Source: Octopus vulgaris
Lineage: Eukaryota
Length of the DNA stretch: 64,000 nucleotides
Assembly: GCA_951406725.2 (NCBI GenBank)
Contig: OX597818.1
Coordinates: forward strand, 123,876,001-123,940,000
Direction: 5' to 3'
The notes below the pieces were generated by a model. It saw only the letters and a program-made list of their open reading frames with translations, was not told the origin of the DNA and ran no database searches. Positions 36,772 to 49,876 of the stretch are shown here, one piece after another (position 1 is the first letter of the stretch; each line of letters starts with the position of its first letter). The translations under genes were made by a program, and so were the position numbers.

Positions 36772-37790
36772 TACCACCCTATTCGTCATCATCATCATCA
36801 TTTAATGTCTGTTTTCCATGCTGGCATGGGTTGAACAGCTTGACAGAGACTTGCAATGCCAGGGCGGCACCAGGTTCCATAGTCTGTTTTGGTTTTGTTT
36901 ATACTGCTAGATACCCTTCCCAATGGCAACTGCTTTACAGAGTGTACTGAGTGCTTTTTATGTCACACTATTGCCAGTGTTTTTTACATGGCACCAGCAC
37001 CAGGGTTTTTTACATGCCACCTGCACCTACACCAATGCTTTTTACATGGCACCTTGGTTTTCAGATATCCGTTCTGTTGTGGTGGGCAAGTCTTATTATA
37101 AACCATGATATTAATTTTGAAAATCATTAGACTTATCCATTTAACTTTTACGTGTCTATATTTTTAATAAAATACATTGTCTGTAAGATTTAATTCATTT
37201 TGAGGAATAATCAAGAATTTGGAGTTGGAGGGATTTAATAAACTAATCTTGTCCATTGTTTGAAGTGTAACATAACTGTGCATCCCGGTTTTAGCAGAAA
37301 TACACTGAGTCCCTTCAGGTCATGATAAGTAACTAAAGGGATTGGCAACAGGAAAGGGTCCTGGCTTTAAAACTCTGTCCTTATGATTCTGCTTTAATCA
37401 ATCAGAAAACTGCTATGAGACCTGTTGTTGTTGGCAACCTAACAAAAGATTCTTACATAAACTTATGGTGGAAATTTTAAATTTAAATATGAATGCTTAA
37501 AACAATGTTATATCATAGAAGTAGGGGTGCTTTCCTCACTATTTCCACTTCAGTCCATAATGCTGATAAATTTGGACATAGAGTATTAGTATCTATGGAA
37601 AAGAAATTCACAAAGCTGTAAATAGAGAAAAGTGGACAATAGGCATTTTGTTCAAGATCTCTAATTGGAGGGAGAGAAAATGGTTATATCAACTGCAATT
37701 AATTACTTGTACTTTCATTGTCATAACTTCAGTTTTAACCAGAGCATTTTCAGATACTTGCTTCTGATAGAACCTTCTGAAGCACATGTC

Positions 37791-37960
37791 TGGAAGCCAT
37801 CTACTCGCAATACCAGAGGGCACACACTCTCCTACCCTGATGTAATCTCCAGGGATACAGGCATCCAGCAACAGGACCTCCGTAATGCTATGATGGACCA
37901 TGAAGTCTGGCTTAGCATGGTAAATTCCATTGTCTCGACCACGGTCGAACAATGATGATG
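37791..37960 (+). mobile_element. RTE-type LINE 3' end, heavily truncated
   Basis: Encodes WKPSTRNTRGHTLSYPDVISRDTG..AMMDHEVWLSMV..*, (TGA)n tail, TSD ACATGTCTG at 37784-37792 / 37961-37969. Confidence 0.7.
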
Positions 37961-39169
37961 ACATGTCTGAGAACTCTGTCCCCACCACCACTTGCCCATA
38001 GCTCTCACAGGAATAGCTAGATATGAAGATGGATGGATGGACTTTCTTTACTGTCTCCCAGAGTTTAAAGCAACGTAATTAGATACTGCAAAGTCATCCA
38101 TTGTTCTGCTTGTGCATCATCACCCTATCATGTATGATATTTAATGTCTTTGACAAGGATCTGTAAACTTGAGTAACAAGGGAAGTAGAAAGATATCATT
38201 GCTATATTATAGTGCTATATTTTACAAAGGCTACTGAAAACTTGGAGTAGTAGGCAGAATGGAAAATGGATTTCATTCATATCAATGCCTTTTAAAAGAG
38301 CTTCTCATAACAGGGGTGTAGCAGGTGAAATACAAGGATTTCATTGATGTATTAAATGGTTATCTTTTACAAAGACTAATTGTACAGGCATTGCACAACA
38401 TCGATAAGAAGTTTGTTTTATAACCCTGAGCTTTTGAGTTTAGACCTTCTGTGTGACTGACCCATGCCTTGTGAGGAAATTTAGTTGACAGAAACTGCAG
38501 GAATCCCATCATATATATATCATTTCTTAGGGGTTATCAATCTGGGCAAAGTATTTCTTAAGCTCTCTGCTAATACAACTACACCAGGCTAACAAAATGT
38601 TTTTTAATTGGAATATGACTCCAGATAATCCTAAAGCAAAATCCAAAGTTGAAGTCCATCACCAATTGATTTTGTAAAGCCATGATTGCATTATGAAGTT
38701 AATACAGTATGTTTTCCCAGAGTGAAACAATTGTAAATCTATAGTGCATATATATAAATATATATAGCCTTTTTTTTAATACCTTTTCTTGTGTGTGTAC
38801 ATGAACATTGATATTCCATGCTTAGAAACAGTAATGATGTTGATATTTGGTATAGATATTATAACCAATCACTCCGATTTTGAAAACCTCTAGAAAAACA
38901 GGTATGGGTTGGCAGCAGGAAGAGCATCTAGTCATAAACTCGTGCCTTAAATAACACCACTGTCCAACTTATGTTATAATGGAAAAAACAGATGTAGAAC
39001 AAAAGAATGAACTAAGAGCTGAGTGTAATAGGGAGAAATAGAAAGAAGATATTGCTAATATATTATCTTTTACAAGGGTTTCTGCAACAGCAGTGGGTTT
39101 CATTCTTACTTTGCTTACTTGGTTAATCAAGAACTGTTGTATTTTGGCATTTACTGCTGATAAATATTT

Positions 39170-39498
39170 TTTCTACTCTAGGCACAAGGCCTGAAATTTG
39201 GGGGGAGGGGGGCCTGTCCATTAGATTGACCCCCAGTACACAACTGGTACTTAATTTATCGACCCCGAAAGGATGAAAGGCAAAGTCAACTGCTGATAAA
39301 TATTGATTTCAAATTTTGGCACAAGGCCAGCAATTTCTGGGGAGGGGATACGTTGATAACATTGACCCCGGTGTTCAACTGGTACTTATTTTATCGACCC
39401 TGAAAGGATGAAAGGCAAAGTCAACTTCAGTGGAATTTGAACTCAGGACACAAAGAGAGATGAAATGCCACTAGGCATTTTGCCCAGCACACTAACAA
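39170..39498 (-). mobile_element. two tandem SINE family D-related copies
   Basis: Family D core twice; ACTGCTGATAAATATT repeated at ~39153, 39289 and 39504. Confidence 0.75.
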
Positions 39499-39715
39499 TC
39501 CTTACTGCTGATAAATATTAAAATTGTAGTTTAGGAGAACAATTTCATGGTCTTGTTTTAAAAACATTAAGAATGTAGTCTGTCTGTTACAAATGGAAGT
39601 CAGTTTTATGTAATCCTGATTCTGTATCACATTTTTGATTAATCTCTACTTTTAATTTTTTCTTTGTATATTTTATTTTAGTTTTGTGCCTTTCAAACTG
39701 ATTCACTATCTTTAA

Positions 39716-39934
39716 CCCTTTAGTATTTAAACCGGCCATATCCGGTCAAAATATTTAATCTGTTTTATGCTCAAACTGACCAGATCCAGGCTCTCACACC
39801 TACCCTACAATGTTATTCTACATTAAGTAATTACACCGTCAAGATCTTGAAGATGTGAGATAATGCATGATTAATTCAAATCAATGTGGATCTATAAGCG
39901 TTATGTTTGATAAAATAATCTGAACACTAAAGGG
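39716..39934. mobile_element. piggyBac-type MITE
   Basis: TTAA|CCCTTTAG..CTAAAGGG|TTAA. Confidence 0.88.
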
Positions 39935-40265
39935 TTAATTTAATGCATTAGCATTGAACCAATTAACTAATTGATTGATTGATCAACCATTCAGTCAATC
40001 AATCAATCAACTAGGTTGGCCAAAGTTCTGTCTTTGCCATTCTTGATGTCATCAATGACATGCCCTCTCTACTCCGGGTCAGCTGTTCTGAACGGCGATG
40101 AAAGGTCTTTGCCAAACCCAACTGACTGACTGATTGAGCAAATGATTAATCAAACAATCAATTAGTTAATTAGTTAAATTTTAACAAAATTAACTAATAA
40201 AAGAAGTGCAATAGAATCAGTGTATATCCTTAATTTACTTTTTTCTTTTCCTCCCTCTAATGCAG

Positions 40266-40519
40266 ATTCCAGCAGCCTACACACCCGGACATCCAGTGTC
40301 CAGAGCTTTGGTAGCATCTCCAGCACAAATTCAGCCTACTCTGTCTCGAGAACATCCTACTCAGGCGTGTCTCAGTCACCCAGCAGCTTGGTGCCACAGA
40401 GCCCTGACGACATCCCTCCTGTTGACCCCCATGCCTTAATGGATCTTGAGACTCAAGCCAAACAGGTGGCTGACCGTTTGGACCACATGATGTCTAGCCT
40501 CAAATCTAATCTTCATAAG
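40266..40519 (+). CDS. BORCS6: BORCS6 coding exon 3 (DSSSLHTR..IPPVDPHALMDLETQAKQVADRLDHMMSSLKSNLHK)
   Basis: Pyrimidine tract plus TGCAG|AT (G+AT=Asp); donor AAG|GTAAGC; PPVDP..L.DLE is the start of the BORCS6 (DUF2365) domain. Confidence 0.92.
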
Positions 40520-41106
40520 GTAAGCACCACACTTAAACATAATTCCATATAATGAGGACTGTTACTTTATTGCAATGTCTCGTAAAAATTGTGATGGCAC
40601 ATGGCCTGATGGTTCGGTTGTTGTGCTTCTAATTGCAAAGTGATGGTTTCAGTTTACTGACTAGGTGGCATGTTATGTCCTTCAGTAAGACACTTCAGTA
40701 AGTTCACTTCACTGAAAAGGAGTTTTATCTGTTACAGAGTGGCACCCTACACCAAAATCTTGTATATGTAAGCTGTCAGCAGCCCTTGATGGTTACTGGA
40801 GGAAAACTAAATGGTCATAATCTATAATACATGCAATACACAAAATATTTCACAAATTTTTTTATACAATTCCTAATAAAAATATATTTTAAAATGTAAT
40901 TGGATTTTATTTAAACATCGAATGACTATAGAGGTTCAGTTGAGTAAAGTAGGAATCAAAGTGACCCATAGACAAAAAAAAATGGTTGAGAAATACTGTT
41001 CTGTAGGATGATGCTAATCTGTTGAGGATAACATTCTTAGAACAGTTGGTATTTTTTGCCAAAGGCTTGGTTAACGATGGCATGTGCAATTTAATTTTTG
41101 CCTAAA

Positions 41107-41640
41107 TCATCATCATCATCATCATCGTTTAGCGTCCGCTTTCCATGCTAGCATGGGTTGGATGGTTCAACTGAGGTCTGGGAAGCCAGAAGGCTGCACC
41201 AGGCCGAGTCTGATCTGGCAATGTTTCTACGACTGGATGCCCTTCCTAACGCCAACCACTCCGTGAGTGTAGTGGGTGCTTTTTACATGCCACCGGCACA
41301 GAGGCCAGGCGAGGCTGGCAAACGGCCACGATCGGATGGTGCTTTTTACGTGCCACCGGCACAGAGGCCAGGCGAGGCTGGCAAACGGCCACGATCGGAT
41401 GGTGTTTTTTTACGTGCCACCGTAACGGAGGCCAGGCGAGGCTGGCAAACGGCCACGATCGGATGGTGTTTTTTTACGTGCCACCGTAACGGAGGCCAGG
41501 CGAGGCTGGCAAACGGCCACGATCGGATGGTGCTTTTTACGTGCCACCGACACGGAGGCCAGTCAGGGCGGTGCTGGCAACGGCCACGTTCTGATGGTTC
41601 TATTATGTGCCACCAGCACTGGTATCACAGCTACAATTTC
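41107..41640 (-). mobile_element. SINE-like family C with ~5 internal ~61-bp tandem subrepeats
   Basis: Unit TTTTACGTGCCACCG..GAGGCCAGGCGAGGCTGGCAAACGGCCACGATCGGATGGTG repeated. Confidence 0.85.
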
Positions 41641-42107
41641 CATTCATGTTGATCGATTTTGATTTTTGCTCGATGATAAACAAACAAGCTGTCAGTCCTC
41701 AATATTTGTTACAACTACTTGCATCCTTTTAAATCAAAATGGTTTTTTGTTGTTTTTTTTCGTTCAGCATTCTCTTCAATGAGATTATTTTTTCCTTTAA
41801 TTAGTAAGTAATTGGAGGGCATGAGGCATTGCTAATGACATTTTATAGGCCCTCCCATATTTGGTACATCACTGCAGTTGACATTTAATCTGAACTTTTG
41901 GTTAGTGTATCAGACAGGACTTTTTGAAATAGAAGGCTCAGGATGTTACACTTCCTCATACACAAAATAATTTGTTTTGTAAACTTTTTGTACATATTAT
42001 TTACAGAGGCAGACCATTACTAAGTTTACTCAGATTCCCCTTTTGTGTATGCTCTTTCTCTCTCCACCCCCTTCTCTCTCTCTCTCATACACATTACTTC
42101 TGCCTTT

Positions 42108-42503
42108 CTCTTTTACTTGTTTCAGTCATTTGACTGCAGCCATGCTGGAGCACCGCCTTTTTTAGACGAGCAAATCGACCCCAGGACTTATTCTTTGTAA
42201 GCCTAGTACTTATCCTATTGGTCTCTTTTGCCGAACTGCTAAGTAACGGGGACGTAAACACACCAGCATCGGTTGTCAAGCGATGTTGGGGAGACAAATA
42301 CAGACACACAAACACACACACACACACATATATATACATATATATATATATATACGACGGGCTTCTTTCAGTTTCCATCTACCAAATCCACTCACAAGGC
42401 TTTGGTTGGCCCGAGGCTATAGTAGAAGACACTTGCCCAAGGTGCCACGCAGTGGGACTGAACCCGGAGCTGTGTGGTTGGTAAGCAAGCTACTTACCAC
42501 ACA
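42108..42503 (-). mobile_element. SINE family B, antisense
   Basis: Reverse complement of the family consensus. Confidence 0.88.
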
Positions 42504-43234
42504 GACCTTTTTTTAAAAAACCAAAAACATTCTTCAGTTCACACATCTAATGCTCAATTTGTAACATCTTCATGTTGACCTTAGTTGTGACCATAAGGTG
42601 TACAGGTTACTTTCTGAAAGCAAACAGCCACATATGTATAATCAAGTGTATATCTTACTTTTCCATTTCCTGTTTGTATGCAACAGTGGAAGTATGAAAG
42701 ATGGAATCACCAAATTAATTTGCCAACAGACAACAAATCAAGAAATTGTCTGCTCATGTCCTCTCTACTGTCAAGAATTGTATCTTTGGGGATTTATTGA
42801 CTTGAAGTAGCTTTTGTTCAATTATTCCTATGGACAATCCCATCTGTAATAACCTTGAACCCTAACAGATAATAGATTAACAAAATCAATAAAACATTGG
42901 ACAGAACGTTTCATGATGCTTGTTCTGACTCGCTATGCTCAGAATTCAAACTCTACTAAGATCAGCTTTTCATCATCATCATCATCATCATTATTATTAT
43001 TATTTTAACGTCCCCTTTTCCATGCTTACTTGGGTCAGATTTTTTACTGCTAGATGCCTTTCCTATCACCAACCCTCACTTGTTTCCAAGCAAGGTAATA
43101 TTTCACCTTGGCCATGTATGTTTTTCACAGTATTGGAAATGAATGACACCGTGTGTATGACAGTGACACTCATTTACAACAGTCACGTGATATCACGACA
43201 AGAAGCAGTCACTCTCACATACCTGTATGTATGA

Positions 43235-43273
<39 letters not shown>

Positions 43274-43276
<3 letters not shown>

Positions 43277-43463
43277 TCATCATCATCATCGTTTAGCGTC
43301 TGCTTTCCATGCTGGCATGGGTTGGACGGTGCAACTGGGGTCTGGGAAGCCAGAAGGCTGCACCAGGCCCAGTCTGATCTGGAAGTGTTTCTACAGCTGG
43401 ATGCCCTTCCTAACGCCAACCACTCCATGAGTGTAGTGGGTGCTTTTTACATGCCACCGGCAC
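43274..43463 (-). mobile_element. SINE-like family C
   Basis: Family core. Confidence 0.82.
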
Positions 43464-44057
43464 ACAATATATATATATATGGCTAGCTTCTTTCAGTTTC
43501 TGTCTAATAAATCTACTCACAAAGCTTTTGTCAGCCTGAAGCTATAATGATAGACACTTACCCAAGGTGCCATGCAGTGGGACTGAACCTGTAACCAAGT
43601 GGTTGGTAAGCAAACTGCAGAACCACACAGCCACCAGTTTGATTAAGAAGACAAAGTATCAGTCCAAGGTGGTGTATTGGATAGGATGCCTTGCATTCTG
43701 AATTCAAATCCCTCCATGGCCTGCTTGGGTGGTAGGCTTAATCCATTTTTCAATTCAATACCACCACCACCATGCTTGCCTTTAGCAAAGTCAAACTGTT
43801 GTGAATATTCAGGCCGGTCTCTGGCTCGAGAATATTTTCTCACCTCCTGACTAAAAAAACAGAAAAAAAAAAATCCAGATTGAAGTAGCTTTCCATTTGC
43901 TTAAAACTATAGAAACTAGAGGTGTGTGCTAGGTTTTGTGGACTCTTGTGATCCAGACGGGATTCATTAACTCTTTATCATAACCAAAATTTTAAAAATC
44001 AAAAAAAACGTTAAACAGGATTTTATGTTTACTCTTCTCTTTTTCTATCACTTTTAG

Positions 44058-44141
44058 ATGTCTGCCTTGACCTCAGGGTGTTTGGATGCTTATAAAAAAT
44101 CTGTTGATAGCACCTGTGATGCAGTTGATGCAAGTATCAAA
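44058..44141 (+). CDS. BORCS6: BORCS6 coding exon 4 (MSALTSGCLDAYKKSVDSTCDAVDASIK)
   Basis: CTTTTAG|ATG..AAA|GTGAGT, 84 nt, phase 0/0; aligns with BORCS6 LTALSVGCIQTYRDAVDSLGEAVDMSIK (from memory). Confidence 0.92.
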
Positions 44142-44344
44142 GTGAGTTTTTGTTGGGTTTTTTAATCATTTTAAATTCATGTTGTTTAGGCCTGGATCAA
44201 AAGCATTCCAAGACCAAGCCATAGTTTCTTTCCCTTGTGTTTACATTATCCTATTTGCTTTGCTACTTTGATATATATATATGTATATATATAGTTATAT
44301 ATATATGTATATATATAGTTATATATATATATTATATCATCTTC

Positions 44345-44826
44345 ATCATCATCATTATCGTTTAACATCTGCTTTCCATGCTAGCATGGGTTGGATGGTT
44401 TGACTGAGGGCTGGCAAGCCAGAAGGCTGCCCCAGGCTCCAATCTGATCTGGCTGAGTTTCTACAGCTGGATGCCCTTCCTAACGCCAACCACTCCGAGA
44501 GTGTAGTGGGTACCTTTTACATGCCACCAGCATGAGTGCCAGTCAGGCGGTACTGGCATCGACCACGCTCAAATGGTGCTTTTTACATGCCACCGGCACA
44601 GGAGCCCTTCAGGCAACACTGGCAACAATCACACTCGAATGGTGCTTTTTACATACCACAGGCACGGGAGATAGTCAGTTGGCACTGGCAATGATCACGC
44701 TCAAATAGTACCTTTAACATGCCACTGGCATGGGTGCCAATCAGGCAGTACTGTCATTGGCCACAACAATGATTTCACTTGCCTCAACAGGTCTTCGCAT
44801 GGGCTGGTTATGCTGCACTGGCATAG
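44345..44826 (-). mobile_element. SINE-like family C with internal subrepeats
   Basis: Family core plus four diverged ~62-bp units. Confidence 0.8.
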
Positions 44827-44829
44827 GCA

Positions 44830-44868
<39 letters not shown>

Positions 44869-45265
44869 CTAGCAATGCATCCCGGTGTTGCCCGGGTGTT
44901 ATGACCTACAGGCACATTGTATTATTTGCTCCTTTCTTATGGGCAGAATCGGCACAGCTGATATATACTTAATGGAATAATGGAAGTTATTGTTTGTTTA
45001 ATTGTGAGGGGCAAGCGTATAATTTGCATGAAATTACTATGTATTGTTTCATCATATAAAAGGGGGTTAGTACGATTTTGTCCAGAAATCACATTTTCAA
45101 TATTTACATTTCTCCCTATCCCCACCGCAATTTCTTAATTTGTAACTTTTTTACAAATTTTTTTTTTTGTTACCCACATAGATTACATATCTGGGAAACA
45201 TATATATACGTTTATATATTTGTTGTGCAAGATTTTTTACGTGAAGTTGTGTGTTGAAACAGATA

Positions 45266-45581
45266 TTGTTATATTTCGGAATGGTCATTTTGCCAGTTTA
45301 GCCAATAAAAACACACGCACGACATATTTGGTGTTACTTTTCTTCAGTGTTAATATAGAAATACAAAATGGCTGACAGTTAGTAAGGAGAGACACAAATA
45401 AGAAAGAAGAAAACAAAGGACCACTGATGCGGTCACAGGAGTGTGACGAAAGAACTCTGGCCGAAATAAGATTAAGATTAATATAAAAAACAAATAACAC
45501 TGAAGCAAAGTAACACCAAATATATAGTGCGTGTGTTTTTATTGGCTAAACTGGCAAAATGACCATTCCAAAATATAACAA
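45266..45581 (+). mobile_element. Penelope-like fold-back remnant
   Basis: 87-bp inverted arms 45266-45352 / 45495-45581 enclose a hammerhead-like motif. Confidence 0.6.
45421..45460 (+). ncRNA. minimal hammerhead ribozyme-like motif (variant core)
   Basis: CCA-CTGATGC-G-GTCACA ggag TGTGAC-GAAA-GAAC-TC-TGG. Confidence 0.5.
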
Positions 45582-45993
45582 ACATATATATATGTGTGTG
45601 TGTGTATATACATTTTTATAGTTTAATTTTTCTTAAAGAAACACTAAATGCCCCTTCCTTCACCTCACCCAGCCATCACCTACCAGCTTTCATAAATTCG
45701 TACTTTGTTTTTTCTCCATGTATTACCAAGAATAAAAAATTTGAAAAAGGTGAAAAATTAATTTGGCGTTGAGAGGAAGAAAATTAGAATATTGAGAAAG
45801 TATTTTGTGGGTAAAATTGTAATCTCCTCTATTGCAAACGTAGGAATCGGAGGAAATTTAGGGAAAAAAAATAGGGAGGAGGGGAATGGAAATGTCACTG
45901 CAGACATGCTAGAAAGATGAGATAATGGTCAGGATTTCTGGGAAAACTTCCTTTGAAGTTTATATCAAAGATCAGGTTTTTAAATATGCTCAT

Positions 45994-46333
45994 CTCCCAT
46001 GACTTCAGGAAACATTTTTTCAAACAGCACAGCTCCCATGACTTTAGGAAACATTTTTTCATGCTGAGAGTTGCTGAAGCCTGGAACAAACTGCCAGCAT
46101 CAGTTGTTAGTTGTCAGAGCACTGCATCCTTCAAAACTTCCATGCTTCCTGAGATTCGCCAACACTACACCTGATTTTCTCCCCTCCATACACACACAAG
46201 CATGTATCTGACTCATACATTGTTTGCTTTCCAGACATTTTTACATTACTGCATGTACTTTATATGCACTTTCTGACAAGTTGTGGTGCACCTGAGCACT
46301 GAAAACAAACATTTCATTATTATATTATTATTA
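45994..46333 (+). mobile_element. CR1/L2-like LINE 3' fragment
   Basis: HSSHDFRKHFFMLRVAEAWNKLP..RQHYT*, same 3' UTR and tail as 1984-2623. Confidence 0.85.
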
Positions 46334-46677
46334 TAAACACAAATTACACAATAGAAAAAGATTATTTCATTTGGATTTGAGCTGTAAATGTCATTGTTTC
46401 TTTTTAGAATGACATTGTAGGGTAGGTATAAGAAGCTGGATCTGCTGGTTTGAACATAAAACTAGTAGGATACATGGACTGGATATCAGCAGTTTAAATG
46501 CTAAACAGTCTAGCTAAATATGTAGTGTAAGCAGTAACTCCTGGAGAATGGTATCTTCATTCCATGTTCAGTACCTAGTTGTATGTATTTCATTGGCTTT
46601 GCTAATGCTCTTGGCTGAGTCATTTATGTCATAACTTCTTTTCACTCTACCTTATAATGTCAGTAGCATTACCGACA

Positions 46678-47067
46678 CAGGAGTGGCTGTGTGGTAAGTA
46701 GCTTGTTTACCAACCACATGGTTCTGGGTTCAGCCCCATTGCGTGGCACCTTGGACAAGTGTCTTCTACTATAGCCTCGGGCCGACCAAAGCCTTGTGAG
46801 TGGATTTGGTAGAAGGAAACTGAAAGAAGCCTGTCGTATATATGTATATGCCTGTCGTATATATGTATATATATATCATCATCATCATCATCATCATCGT
46901 TTAGCGTCCGTTTTCCATGCTAGCATGGGTTGGACGGGTCAACTGGGGTCTGTGAAGCTGGAAGGCTTCGTCAGGCCCAGTCAGATCTGGCAGTGTTTCT
47001 ACGGCTGGATGCCCTTCCTAACGCCAACCACTCCACGAGTGTAGTGGGTGTTTTTTTACGTGCCACC

Positions 47068-47101
<34 letters not shown>

Positions 47102-47309
47102 TTGTGTGTCTGTGTTTGTCCCCCTAGCATTGCTTGACAACCGATGCTGGTGTGTTTACGTCCCCGTTACTTAGTGGTTCGGCTAAAGAGACCGATAGAA
47201 TAAGTACTGGGCTTACAAAAGAATAATTCCCAGGGTCGAGTTGCTCGATTAAAGGCGGTGCTCCAGCATGGCCGCAGTCAAATGACTGAAACAAGTAAAA
47301 GAGTAAAAG
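46678..47309 (+). mobile_element. SINE family B with an antisense family C copy (46876-47068) nested in its TA tract
   Basis: Head and tail of family B flank the family C sequence. Confidence 0.85.
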
Positions 47310-47431
47310 CGAGAGCACTTATTGGTAGATACTTTCTGACTTCTGTATTTCCGGTTTCATTTGGTATTTTTTTTTCTTTTTTTTTTAAAAAGTCATTTTT
47401 TAATGTTGGATTTTTTTTTTCTCTTTTGCAG

Positions 47432-47508
47432 TCAATGTATGCACTAATGGCAAAGTGTGAAGAACTAGGCAAATCAATGACTCCAATTTACCAACTGGCA
47501 AATCAAAT
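47432..47508 (+). CDS. BORCS6: BORCS6 coding exon 5 (SMYALMAKCEELGKSMTPIYQLANQ-I)
   Basis: TTTTGCAG|TCA; matches BORCS6 GMYTLLARCEEL..LARQ (from memory); ends AT|GTATCCTT (U12 donor, phase 2). Confidence 0.93.
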
Positions 47509-47562
47509 GTATCCTTCAAACTAATCTGAAACGTTTACATATATGTTGGGACAGACAGACAG

Positions 47563-47665
47563 ACTCACAACACACACACAACTCGCACACCACACACACA
47601 ACTCACACACCACACACACACCACACACACAACTCACACACCTCACACACCACACACACACACAA

Positions 47666-47698
<33 letters not shown>

Positions 47699-47914
47699 AC
47701 ACACACACACAACTCACACACCACACACAACTCACACACCACACACAACTCACACACCACACACAACTCACACACCACACACAACTCACACACCACACAC
47801 AACTCACACACCACACACAACTCACACACCACACACAACTCACACACCACACACACACACACACACACACCACACACCACACACACACACACAACTCACA
47901 CACCACACACAACT

Positions 47915-47977
<63 letters not shown>

Positions 47978-48174
47978 ACACACACACACAACTCACACAC
48001 CACACTCACGCACAACTCACACACCACACACAACTCACACACCACACACACCACACACAACTCACACACCACACACAACTCACACACCACACACAACTCA
48101 CACACCACACACAACTCACACACCACACACAACTCACACACCACACACAACTCACACACCACACACACACACAA

Positions 48175-48215
<41 letters not shown>

Positions 48216-48745
48216 CTCACACACACACACAACTCACACACCACACACACCACACACAACTCACACAACTCACACACCACACACAACTCACACACCACAC
48301 ACACCACACACAACTCACACACCACACACAACTCACACACCACACACAACACACACACACACACACACCACACACAACTCACACACCACACACAACTCAC
48401 ACACCACACACACCACACACACCACACACACCACACACCACACACACCACACACAACTCACACACCACACACAACTCACACACCACACACAACTCACATA
48501 CCACACACAACTCACACACCACACACAACTCACACACCACACACAACTCACACACCACACACAACTCACACACACACACACACACACAACTCACACACCA
48601 CACACAACTCACACACCACACACAACTCACACACACACAACTCACACACACACACACACACACACAACTCACACAACTCACACACCACACACACACAACT
48701 CACACACCTCACACACCACACACAACTCACACACCACACACAACT

Positions 48746-48807
<62 letters not shown>

Positions 48808-49062
48808 CTCACACACCACACACACACAACTCACACACCACACACAACTCAACACCACACACACACACACAACTCACACACAACTCGCACACAACTCACA
48901 CACCACACACACACACACAACTTACACACCACATGCACACACAATTTACACACCACACACACACAACTCACCCACCACACACACACAACTCACACACAAC
49001 TCACACACCACACACACACCACACACACACACAACACACACACCACACACACACACACAACT

Positions 49063-49093
<31 letters not shown>

Positions 49094-49154
49094 CAACACA
49101 CACACCACACACACACACACACACAACTCGCACACCACACACATACCACACACA
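47563..49154. repeat. 1.6-kb CA-rich satellite (18-bp unit ACTCACACACCACACACA mixed with (CA)n)
   Basis: Direct reading; the repeated HNSHTT translation reflects the 18-bp period. Confidence 0.95.
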
Positions 49155-49443
49155 TACGTATGCATATTACTGTTGCATTTTGTTGTGTAAATAGCTTATG
49201 GTTAAAAAAAAAGTATGTGGTTTACATCTCATCACTGGTACTGGGTTGTGTTGTTTAATATCAAAGGTACATAACTTTCAATAAGCTCAATAAAAGCTCA
49301 GCTAACTTTGTCGTATGTAGGTAGGTGCTATGAATGCTCAGTCCACCTCAGGAGACGGTTTGTGCTCTATACAATTTATTATTTGGTACAAAGCCTTTGG
49401 GTTTACATAGTCTATGCCTGATCCTTTATAGACTAGATTTCAT

Positions 49444-49838
49444 TAGGACACCCATAAAATTATCAACCATCTTACAAACAATAACTCTGAGCACCTTTTC
49501 TAACTCCACCCGTCTAACACCCGTGGACATGTTTACAAAGTCAGAAAACAGCACAGCTCCCATGACTTTAGGAAACATTTTTCTCATGCTGAGAGCTGCT
49601 GAAGCATGGAACACACTGCTGGCATCAGTTGTTAGTTGTCGGAGCACTGCATCCTTCAAAACTTCCATGCTTTCTGAGATTCACCAACACTACACCTGAT
49701 TTTCTCCCCTCCATACACACACAAGCATGTATCTGACTCATACATTGTTCGCTTTCCAGACATTTGTACATTACTGCACATACTTTATACGCACTTCCAG
49801 ACAAGTTGTGGTGCACCTGAGCACTGTATACAATAATT

Positions 49839-49874
<36 letters not shown>
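49444..49874 (+). mobile_element. CR1/L2-like LINE 3' fragment
   Basis: Same family as 1984-2623, (TTA)n tail. Confidence 0.85.

Positions 49875-49876
<2 letters not shown>

Noticed and set aside
41270-41600. Regularly spaced ~61-bp repeats resembling a CRISPR array
   Set aside because: Whole units repeat with no unique spacers, they are internal to SINE-like family C, there are no cas genes, and the context is eukaryotic.
47258-47524. ORF ending ..NQMYPSN* as the true BORCS6 C-terminus
   Set aside because: The U12 donor and the downstream exon at 52633 supply the conserved terminal helix; this read-through would occur only on intron retention.
47543-49258. 571-aa His/Thr-rich ORF and antisense Cys/Val ORFs
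   Set aside because: Artefacts of the CA-rich satellite inside an intron.
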